Position numbers and translations under genes: made by a program
Notes under the pieces: generated by a model
Told to the model about the DNA's origin: nothing
The model's input: only the letters and a program-made list of their open reading frames with translations
The model's database searches: none
IMG/VR virus record: IMGVR_UViG_3300021431_000126
Location: 520-64,519 of that record
Direction: 5' to 3' (one strand)
Length of the DNA: 64,000 bases
Source: a virus
Lineage: Duplodnaviria; Caudoviricetes
In this document: piece by piece, positions 38,434 through 46,477 of the stretch
Layout: the number at the start of each line of letters is the position of its first letter
Numbering within the stretch: position 1 is the first letter of the stretch

Positions 38434-39027
38434 ATGAAAAAATTGATAGCAATTTACGGAATAAACGGTGCAGGAAAAACAAGCCTTGTAAAGAATCTTT
38501 TAATGTCAGATTTTGTAGCAGAATCTGATGGTGATTTTCTTTTTGATTGTTTTGACTTCTTTGAAAAGCAATCTCAATACGGAACATACACTGTTTCAAA
38601 GGGTGGGAACTATGTTGCTGTTGGTGGATATTCTAACAAGTGCGGTGGGGCAGATACAATAAAAAGTGTAGACAATTATTTTGGTATGATTAATTATTTG
38701 TCTGAAAATTATCCTAATGCTTCACTTTGCGTTGAGGGTGTACTACAAAAAGCAATTGACGACTTAATCAATTGTTATGAGGATTTACAGAAAAAAGGTT
38801 ATGAGCCTTGCTTGGTCAAATTGGAAACATCTTTGGAGCAGGCAGTGGAGCGTGTAAAGAATCGCAATGGGCAAATGCCTGATGTAGAATGTATCAGAAC
38901 AAAGGTGTTGAACACAGGTAGACTTTTTAAAAAGTTGCAGGATTGCGGAAAGTTCAATTGCTATGTAATTGATACGGATAATAAAACGGCAGAGCAGGTG
39001 TATGAGGAATTTAAAAAAATAATCTAA
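38434..39027 (+). CDS. P-loop nucleotide/DNA kinase
   Basis: GINGAGKT Walker A, CGGAD, VEG, ERVKNR lid. Confidence 0.8.
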   Translation: MKKLIAIYGINGAGKTSLVKNLLMSDFVAESDGDFLFDCFDFFEKQSQYGTYTVSKGGNYVAVGGYSNKCGGADTIKSVDNYFGMINYLSENYPNASLCVEGVLQKAIDDLINCYEDLQKKGYEPCLVKLETSLEQAVERVKNRNGQMPDVECIRTKVLNTGRLFKKLQDCGKFNCYVIDTDNKTAEQVYEEFKKII

Positions 39028-39110
39028 AATTATAAAATCTACTTTACTTTTTTTATAATGTAGTTTATATTTATAAATAAGCAGGTGAGAATCCTGCAAG
39101 TGAGGTAGAC
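39025..39110 (+). promoter_or_regulatory. Early promoter cassette copy 6
   Basis: -35 39043-39048, -10 39066-39071, hairpin gcagg..cctgc, AAGTGAGG. Confidence 0.85.
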
Positions 39111-39111
39111 C

Positions 39112-39773
39112 ATGGAAAACTTAATTGGTATGATTCATTCACAGAATGACGGTGATTACAAACTTGTTTCAATAAAGCCTTTTGAAGATGATTTGGTGAA
39201 TATGAAACGAGTTGCTGAAGAGTCAGGTAAATATCCCGCATACTTCTTTTTCAGAAAAATCTTGAAGAGTGGAAAAGAATCCAAGCAGGGTTTTGTTGCT
39301 TTGATGTTTAAGGAAAGCAAAAATATTGTAAAACTATAAAAATTAAGGTTTTGCAGGATTCCTTAAAAATCCTGCAAGGTGGGAAAAATGACAAGATACG
39401 AAAAGTTGATGAGTCAAAGTGATGAGTGTTGTAGAAAAGCAATTCAGTATGCAAAAAAGCAGGATTGGTACATGGCAACATTTTACAAGAATGCTAGCAA
39501 TGATTTTAAGGCTAGAGCAAGGAATTTAAAAATTCTAGTTAATGATGAGGCATACTTATGAAATTGAAAAGAAGTAATTTGATTATGCTTATTATCACGC
39601 TGATAATTGCTGTGATTGCCTTGTCCTGTCTTTATTTTAATAGGAGCAAACAAATGGATGAAGTAACAAAATACATTTTATGTTCTTGGGGATTGTTTAT
39701 GTTGATTATTCTCCCATTAGGTGAAGGCTTGGTGTTGCTGATTGATTGGGTTTTTCAGAAATTTAATAAATAA
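39112..39773 (+). other. Three small early ORFs (39112-39339, 39379-39561, 39558-39773 two-TM)
   Basis: Tandem ORFs with RBSs. Confidence 0.55.
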
Positions 39774-39826
39774 AAAAAATAATCACCCTCTCGGATTATT
39801 TCCCTGATGTAACAATCAGGGTTTTT

Positions 39827-40198
39827 TTATTTCTGATTGAAATAGATAATTGCTGAGCCTGCAAAGAATCCACCAACAAAACAAGTTGACCCTATAATTA
39901 ATTTATCTTTCAGACCGTCTTTTTTTGAGTTCTGCCAAGATTGATTTGCTAGTGTTAATTGAATCTGTAAGTTGTTCATTTGTTCGCTCAATATCTTGTT
40001 CAATTCTACTTGCTTGTTCAGTTGTTCCTGCAAGTTCTTTAACTGTTCCTTTTGCAGATTCGCAAGTTGTTCCTGCTTGTTCAATTCTTGCTCCAACATC
40101 TGAATCAGTTCTGCGTCTGAATAATCGGAATAGGATTGAGAGAACAACGGCAAAGAAAATACCAATAAAAAAGCCAAGAAAAAAGATTTTAATTTCAT
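39827..40198 (-). CDS. Signal peptide + coiled coil + C-terminal TM protein (spanin-like)
   Basis: MKLKSFFLAFLLVFSLPLFS, QL heptads, LIIGSTCFVGGFFAGSAIIYF. Confidence 0.6.
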   Translation of the reverse strand: MKLKSFFLAFLLVFSLPLFSQSYSDYSDAELIQMLEQELNKQEQLANLQKEQLKNLQEQLNKQVELNKILSEQMNNLQIQLTLANQSWQNSKKDGLKDKLIIGSTCFVGGFFAGSAIIYFNQK

Positions 40199-40202
40199 TC
40201 AT
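39903..40202 (-). CDS. N-terminal TM + coiled-coil protein (i-spanin-like), overlapping the previous ORF in another frame
   Basis: MNEIKIFFLGFFIGIFFAVVLSILF then RRR and a coil; GAGGTG RBS. Confidence 0.6.
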   Translation of the reverse strand: MNEIKIFFLGFFIGIFFAVVLSILFRLFRRRTDSDVGARIEQAGTTCESAKGTVKELAGTTEQASRIEQDIERTNEQLTDSINTSKSILAELKKRRSER

Positions 40203-40244
40203 ATTCACCTCAGATTCAAGTATAAAATAACCTAGAAAAAAAAT

Positions 40245-40335
40245 CAAAAAATTTATAAAAAACTACTTTACTTTTTTATAATGTAGTTTATATTTATAAA
40301 TGTAGGTTGATAAAACCTGCAAGCGAGGTGTGAAA
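40245..40335 (+). promoter_or_regulatory. Early promoter cassette copy 7
   Basis: -35 40267-40272, -10 40289-40294 (16-nt spacer), hairpin, AAGCGAGG. Confidence 0.8.
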
Positions 40336-40772
40336 TGAGATTATGGCATAAAGATTTAATTCATTATTTACCTAGACAACAGTTGATTGCTCAGTGGCGT
40401 GAGTGTTGTGCTATTTGTTCTAATTGGGCAAATAAGGGAACACCAAATCATCTGCTTGTAAATAAGGTTTTGAAATATCCGTCAGTTCATTTCATGGAAT
40501 ACACTAGGTTGGTTATATCTGAAATGATTAAAAGGAATTACAAAGCAAGCACAACATCCTTGAATAATTTCATTGATAACTTCTGCAATTTTGGTGACCC
40601 TGATGAAACTATAATTGTTGCAAATGCTAAGTCTGTAATTTTTTCGGATTGGCATAATGACCGATATTTGAGGCAGTGTCTTTTCAACCTGCAGGAAAAA
40701 TATGACTGCGGTGGGATTCCTGAAGAAGAATGGAAAGTGATTGAAAATCATTTTGATGAATATTTAGATTAA
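40335..40772 (+). CDS. Pyrimidine-dimer DNA glycosylase / endonuclease V (DenV)-like
   Basis: MRLWH..L..LPRQQLIAQWREC..I, EMIKRNY, YL.QC..NLQEK. Confidence 0.8.
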   Translation: MRLWHKDLIHYLPRQQLIAQWRECCAICSNWANKGTPNHLLVNKVLKYPSVHFMEYTRLVISEMIKRNYKASTTSLNNFIDNFCNFGDPDETIIVANAKSVIFSDWHNDRYLRQCLFNLQEKYDCGGIPEEEWKVIENHFDEYLD

Positions 40773-40782
40773 GAGGTGAAAT

Positions 40783-41234
40783 ATGGAATTGACTAGAGAA
40801 CAACTTGATAAAATCAGAACAATTATGAAAGAAGACAATCTTGAAAGTATAATTGATAGATTGTTTTGTGAATTAAATGGGTTATTGAGTTTGGGTTCAA
40901 ATGATGAAGGTCATTTGAATTATTCTTTGGATGAATATTGGCTTTTTGCTTATGCTTTTGTTCAGGGATTTATTACAAGAAAGGGGTTGAAAAAATGAAA
41001 TTGATAGTACACACAAGTCATGATAGACATCGTGAAGACATTGCAAAAGTCTACACGTACAGTGAGAAAAATCTTGAATATGTAAAATCAAAGATGACTG
41101 AAAGATGGGGTGATGACGCCAAATGGGATTGTTTTGGTGATTGTTTCTCTGAAGATGGCGAACAGTATGGCCATAATGAGGCATATTATGACTCTTATGG
41201 GATTGTAGATTTAATTGAAGAGGTGGAAAAATGA
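40783..41234 (+). other. Two small hypothetical ORFs (40783-40998, 40995-41234)
   Basis: Coupled ORFs with RBSs. Confidence 0.55.
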
Positions 41235-42556
41235 GATTTACAGAAATTTGTAAAACATTGACTGAACTTGGTTCTATTGCGGGAACAAACGCAAAAATTG
41301 AATTCATTAAAAGCCATGATGACGAGGATTTGAAAGAAGTCTACAAATGGCTGTACGATTCCTCAAGAATCTCAGGAATTGCTGAAAAGAAGTTTGAAAA
41401 AGATTATGGATTTGAACTTGCAGGAACATTTACAACTTGCGATGTAAAAACAATTTATGATGTCTTCAGATATTTGGATTGCTATCACACTGGAAGTTCA
41501 AAAGACATTATTGAAGTCAAAGACCTTATGGAGCAGATTTGTAAGGATGATTTTGAAAAGGATATTTTCAAGAAAATTGTCTGCAAGAATCTGCCTATTG
41601 GAATTGATGCAAAAACAATCAATAAATGTTTCCCAAGCCTGATTCCAACTTTTGATGTATGCCTCTGCGATAAATACTATGACAGACCTGAACTTGTAGA
41701 CGGTAAAAGGGAATTTGCTATCAGCACCAAGATTGACGGTTGTCGTTGTATTGCCATAAAAGAAAATGGTATTGTCAGACTGGTATCAAGACAGGGTAAA
41801 CTTTGGTTGGGTTGCAGGGAGATCGAAAAGGCAATTCAGGAACTACCTATGGACAATTTTGTTCTTGACGGTGAAATTACAATTAAGGATTTTATGAAAT
41901 ATCCTTCAAAAGAAGTCTATAAAATGACTACAAAGATTATTTCAACAAAAGAGGAAATAAAAGAGGGTGTTTGCCTTAATGTTTTTGATTATATCCCATT
42001 GAAAGATTGGAATGAAAAGAATTGTGATTTGAGATATTCTTCAAGGCAGATTCTTTTGCAGGATTTGCTGAAATACAACAATTCTGATGCCTTGAATCGT
42101 GTTGTTGACATATATGTTGGGAATGACCCTGAAACCATTGAAAAACTGATGAAAGGCATTGTCAGAACAGATGATTGGGAGGGTTTGGTGATAAAGTTCA
42201 CAGACTCAAAATATGAATGGAAAAGAAGTAAAAATTGGCTGAAAGTAAAAGCCTTTGAAGAAATGGACTTGATTGTAAAAGATGTTGAAGAGGGAACAAA
42301 CAGCAATCAGAATCGGCTTGGTGCTTTAATCTGTGAAATAGAACACCCAAAACTTGGACATATTGAGGCAAAAGTGGGCAGTGGATATTCTGAGGATGAA
42401 AGAATCAGATTTTGGGAAATGAAAAATGAGTTGATAGGCAGGACAATATCGGTGCAGTATTTTGAGCAGACTGAAAACACATCAACTCATATCAAGTCAT
42501 TAAGATTCCCTGTGTTCTTGGAATTGAAAGAAGCAGGCCAATTGCCAAATAATTAG
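41231..42556 (+). CDS. ATP-dependent DNA ligase
   Basis: STKIDG (KxDG), LDGEI, VFD, EGLVIK, WLKVK, VGSG, LRFP. Confidence 0.93.
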   Translation: MRFTEICKTLTELGSIAGTNAKIEFIKSHDDEDLKEVYKWLYDSSRISGIAEKKFEKDYGFELAGTFTTCDVKTIYDVFRYLDCYHTGSSKDIIEVKDLMEQICKDDFEKDIFKKIVCKNLPIGIDAKTINKCFPSLIPTFDVCLCDKYYDRPELVDGKREFAISTKIDGCRCIAIKENGIVRLVSRQGKLWLGCREIEKAIQELPMDNFVLDGEITIKDFMKYPSKEVYKMTTKIISTKEEIKEGVCLNVFDYIPLKDWNEKNCDLRYSSRQILLQDLLKYNNSDALNRVVDIYVGNDPETIEKLMKGIVRTDDWEGLVIKFTDSKYEWKRSKNWLKVKAFEEMDLIVKDVEEGTNSNQNRLGALICEIEHPKLGHIEAKVGSGYSEDERIRFWEMKNELIGRTISVQYFEQTENTSTHIKSLRFPVFLELKEAGQLPNN

Positions 42557-42560
42557 TGAG

Positions 42561-43048
42561 GTGAGTAAAATGGCAAATGAATATTATAAAACACTTGCTT
42601 GTGATATTTTATACGCAAGCGGTGACCCTGAAAAAATTGATAAAGAATTTATTGAAAATGTTGTTGCAACATTGCTGGAAAAAATTGAACATCTTGAAAT
42701 ACAGATAAAAGATGTTAAACAAGATTTGAATCATCATAAAATGTGGAGTTAGTTATGAAATATAATGAAATTTTCAAACTAAAGAAAATGCTTGAAAAGG
42801 CTGAAATTCCTTTTGTATTCAAAGAACATAAAGACATCAGAGATGGTTATCAAATATTGTATCCAGCTGGTGGTGAAAAAAGGCAGTGTTCTGTAATTGA
42901 ACATAGTTGTAGTTATGGAAATAAGCAAGACCTGCTTGAAATAATGGGATTGCTAACTGATGAAGAATCTCAATATGATTGTGTTAAAGGATTCCTTTCA
43001 GCAGAAAATGTTTTTGAACGGATAAAAAAGGATTATGAAAAATCATAA
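42561..43048 (+). other. Two small hypothetical ORFs (42561-42752, 42743-43048)
   Basis: Coupled ORFs. Confidence 0.55.
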
Positions 43049-43099
43049 ATAAAATCTTCAAAGTGTGTTTTGCAGGGCAGAAATGTCCTGCTTTTTTTA

Positions 43100-43195
43100 T
43101 AAAAATTATTAAAAACATCTTTACTTTTTTTATAAATTAGTTTATATTATAAGAGTAGTGAGAAACACTACATAAAACACACTTGGAGGTTGCCA
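43100..43195 (+). promoter_or_regulatory. Early promoter cassette copy 8
   Basis: -35 43120-43125, -10 43143-43148, hairpin gtagtg-agaaa-cactac. Confidence 0.85.
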
Positions 43196-43196
43196 T

Positions 43197-43490
43197 ATGA
43201 AAGTTGGTGACAAAATCAGAATTGTGTCTATGGCTGGTGAGCCACAGTACACTGGAAAAGTTGGAGTGATTGAGCATATTGATTCAATCGGTCAACTTCA
43301 TGGAACTTGGGGTGGATGTGCAATCCAGCCTGATAAGGATACAGTTGAGGTTATTAAGACTTGCTGTATTTGCAGAAAAGAATTTGCGGGGTATGGAAAC
43401 AACCCAGATCCTGTAAAGTTCGATGGTGTTTGTTGCGATGAATGTAACAAGCGTTTGGTGATTCCTGCAAGAATGAACTTGTTGAGATAA
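43197..43490 (+). CDS. DUF4314-like domain fused to a Zn-finger
   Basis: KVGDKIRIVSM..G.I..IDSIGQLH..WG..A..P..D; CCIC..GNNPDP..CCDECN. Confidence 0.6.
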   Translation: MKVGDKIRIVSMAGEPQYTGKVGVIEHIDSIGQLHGTWGGCAIQPDKDTVEVIKTCCICRKEFAGYGNNPDPVKFDGVCCDECNKRLVIPARMNLLR

Positions 43491-43535
43491 GTTGAAAAAG
43501 GGTTTGGCTGATAAATACAGCCCACCCTTGTAGAA

Positions 43536-43880
43536 GTGAGGTGCGGGAAAATGCTTGATGTAATTAAGGTAACATTTGACAACGGTGATACAATGCTTTC
43601 AGATTTTAATGCTGAGGTGGGCAGAGAATCTATGGCAAAATATTATATGGGTAATTGGTTCAATCTTGGAAGTGTAAAAGACGACATGCACAAGGTTGTA
43701 AAAGTAGAATTTTCAAATGCGAGGTAGAATATGACTATTGCTAATTGTGATTTTTGCGGTAAAAAGGCAGAAGTGAAAAGAACACATTATGGTTCAGGTT
43801 TTGGCTATGTACGATTGATTTGTGCTGAATGTCAAAAAGAACTGCATGCTGAAATCATTAAGCCTGCAAAGAAAAAATAA
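43536..43880 (+). other. Two small ORFs (43536-43727; 43731-43880 CxxC..CxxC Zn finger)
   Basis: 43731: MTIANCDFCG...ICAEC. Confidence 0.5.
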
Positions 43881-44007
43881 TTTGCTTGTTGTTCCTATAA
43901 TAAAACAGATGGAGCAACCTTGTCCGTATGGACTGGAAAATGTTTTGTTTAGGAATCAAAATGCGGTTATTCCCTCCCACCCAACTGCAAATTGATTCCT
44001 GTTTTAT

Positions 44008-44078
44008 TCTGAATTGGTGTAAAGGTAGCACAATTGCTTTTGATGCAATTTGTCGTGGTTCGATTCCATGATTCAGAG
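44008..44078 (+). tRNA. tRNA-Gln (anticodon TTG), no encoded CCA
   Basis: Acceptor TCTGAAT/ATTCAGA, D arm GTG/CAC, anticodon stem ATTGC/GCAAT with loop TT-TTG-AT, T arm CGTGG-TTCGATT-CCATG. Confidence 0.88.
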
Positions 44079-44142
44079 TAGCACCGTATGGTGTGATAAT
44101 TTAGCGGTTCACCTGCTAAAATGGTGAAATAGCACAATTGAG

Positions 44143-44188
44143 GCTGTCTGTTGCAATTAGGATAAATCGCAGACAGCCTTTTTTTTAT
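44143..44188 (+). terminator. Terminator after the tRNA transcript
   Basis: ggctgtctg...cagacagcc followed by a T-run. Confidence 0.75.
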
Positions 44189-44321
44189 TGATAAATGTGT
44201 AAAATCCACCAATAAAAACCTTAAAAACTTGATAAAATAGCCATAAAACCCATCAAAAATAAATAAAAAACTAGTAAAAATTGATAAAATAATTATAATA
44301 AATTCCTGTGGAGATTCTGAT

Positions 44322-44942
44322 ATGAACAATAATGGAAAATTGACTGCTAAACAGGAAAAATTTATAAATCTGGTGCTAGAGGGTTATTCATTAAAAACCT
44401 CATACTTGAAATGTTATCCTGAATATAACAAAAATGAAAACCATAAAAAGAATGTATATGCCCTTGCTTCAGACCTATTTAATGACCCTGTTGTCCATGC
44501 TAAGTATATGGAACTGCGGGAAATAATGGAAAAGGAATGGTTTGAAAGAGCCAAATGGACTAGGGAACAGGCCATTGATGAATTGAAAGAACTGTTGCGC
44601 AAGAATAGAATTGAGTCAGATAGGTATGAACAAGCATATGATGATGAGATGGAAATGCTTGATAGACAGATAAAAGAAAAAACCTTAGAAATGGAAAATC
44701 CCAAGGGTTATATGTCTAAAAAGAAAAAGGCTGAATTGCAGGATGATATTGACAACTTGAAATTGGCTAGAATCCAGTGTAACAGACGACATCAGAGCAA
44801 TCGGAATGTCAATGAAGCAATCCTCAATTCCATTCAGCAATTAAATGAAATGCTAGGATATAACCGACATGATGAGAAAAAAACTGAAGAGCAGGAACAG
44901 GTTGTATTCACTGATGATGTTCCTGAAGAGGATGAGGAATAA
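44322..44942 (+). CDS. Terminase small subunit
   Basis: LTAKQEKF..HTH N-terminus, coiled coil, directly before TerL. Confidence 0.85.
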   Translation: MNNNGKLTAKQEKFINLVLEGYSLKTSYLKCYPEYNKNENHKKNVYALASDLFNDPVVHAKYMELREIMEKEWFERAKWTREQAIDELKELLRKNRIESDRYEQAYDDEMEMLDRQIKEKTLEMENPKGYMSKKKKAELQDDIDNLKLARIQCNRRHQSNRNVNEAILNSIQQLNEMLGYNRHDEKKTEEQEQVVFTDDVPEEDEE

Positions 44943-44944
44943 AT

Positions 44945-46216
44945 ATGGTTGTAAGCATAAAGAAAATAATTGGAAAAGGTTACAACCGATTTTGGCATTG
45001 TACAAAAAGATATAGGGTTGTAAAAGGTTCACGTGGTTCCAAAAAATCCTGCACTACAGCGATTTGGTATATTTCAAAGATGATGGAATTTTATGCCAAG
45101 TACAATCTCAAACCTCACGTGCTTGTTATAAGACGATTTTACAACACTCATAAGAATTCGACACGTGCCCAGCTGGTATGGGCAATAAATAAATTAAAAG
45201 TCAGGCATCTTTGGAAAATCCCAAAAGGTGATAACACACTTACATATCTGCCTAGTGGTCAGCAAATTCTTTTCAGAGGATTGGATGACCCGCAATCAAT
45301 TACATCTATTACAGTTGAAGATGGTTATTTGTGTTGGGTATGGTTTGAAGAGGCATTTCAAGTTACTTCTGAAGATGATTTTAACAAAATTGATATGTCC
45401 ATTCGTGGTGAGATTCCTGCACCTTTATTCAAACAGTTTACACTTACATTCAACCCTTGGTCAGATAAAAGTTGGCTCAAAAAAAGATTCTTTGACAAGC
45501 CTGATAACGATACATTTGCCATCACTACAACCTATATGCTCAATGAGTTCTTGGGTGAAGATGACCTTGCTATTTATGAAAAAATGAAACAACAGAATCC
45601 AAGACGATATGAGATTGAAGGCTTGGGCAATTGGGGAATATCTGAAGGACTTATTTATACAAATTGGAAAGTTGAGGAATTCGACATTGATACATTATTG
45701 CAGGAACACTATGGAGAAAAGGACAGCAGAGGATTGCCCAATTTTGTATCCTGCAATGGAATTGACTTTGGATATAATGACCCTACATTCTTTGTTGGTG
45801 CTTATGCGGACAAATCAAAATATAAAATTTATGTTTATTATGAGTTTTGTCAGACCACTATGGAAAATAGGAAAATTGCAGGAACACTCATCACTGCTGG
45901 GTTTGGAAAATCTATAATCAGAGGTGATAGTGAAGACCCAAGAACAATCAATGAATTAAGGCTTTTGGGATTGAACGGAATCCGTGGAGCAAAAAAGGGT
46001 GCGGGCAGTGTTCTAGGTGGAATCCAAAAGTTGCAGGATTATGAAATCATAGTTCATCCAAGATGTCCTCATATGATTGAGGCACTATCTAATTACGCAT
46101 GGGCAAAAGATAAGTTTGACAAAATCACTAATGTTCCTGAACATGACTTTTCTCATGGGCCAGATGCTTTGAGATATGGTTGTGAGGATTTGCAGAAATT
46201 CGGAATTAGGGTGTAA
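44945..46216 (+). CDS. PBSX-family terminase large subunit
   Basis: KGSRGSKKS, WFEEA, TFNP, GIDFG.NDP, DSEDP, HGPDALRY. Confidence 0.95.
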   Translation: MVVSIKKIIGKGYNRFWHCTKRYRVVKGSRGSKKSCTTAIWYISKMMEFYAKYNLKPHVLVIRRFYNTHKNSTRAQLVWAINKLKVRHLWKIPKGDNTLTYLPSGQQILFRGLDDPQSITSITVEDGYLCWVWFEEAFQVTSEDDFNKIDMSIRGEIPAPLFKQFTLTFNPWSDKSWLKKRFFDKPDNDTFAITTTYMLNEFLGEDDLAIYEKMKQQNPRRYEIEGLGNWGISEGLIYTNWKVEEFDIDTLLQEHYGEKDSRGLPNFVSCNGIDFGYNDPTFFVGAYADKSKYKIYVYYEFCQTTMENRKIAGTLITAGFGKSIIRGDSEDPRTINELRLLGLNGIRGAKKGAGSVLGGIQKLQDYEIIVHPRCPHMIEALSNYAWAKDKFDKITNVPEHDFSHGPDALRYGCEDLQKFGIRV

Positions 46217-46270
46217 ACACTAGATAATAAATTGATAAAATAATATATAATTTATTTTGGAGGCAGAAAC

Positions 46271-46435
46271 ATGGAATACAAAGGAATGACTGTGAGACAA
46301 TCTAGGAATGGGAATGTAATTGTCACTGGTAAGAATGGTGAATTGTGCGTGATTACTCATAAAGGATATTTGAGTGATGATAAGATAAAAGAATTGGTGG
46401 ACAAAGCAGTTCACTTTCCTGAATCTGAAGAATAA
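46271..46435 (+). CDS. Small hypothetical protein (54 aa, not in the ORF track)
   Basis: GGAGG RBS; MEYKGMTVRQSRNGNV... Confidence 0.5.
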   Translation: MEYKGMTVRQSRNGNVIVTGKNGELCVITHKGYLSDDKIKELVDKAVHFPESEE

Positions 46436-46477
46436 GACTTTATTTTTTTGATAATGTAATTTATAATCGAGGTCATT

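Noticed and set aside
40897-41307. Long antisense ORFs (also 36397-36888, 38192-38599, 44414-44704, 35179-35610, 63404-63784)
   Set aside because: They lie opposite well-supported genes and show no motifs or RBSs.
44008-44078. Suppressor tRNA or alternative genetic code
   Set aside because: The anticodon is TTG (Gln), and genes are intact under the standard code with TAA, TAG and TGA all used as stops.
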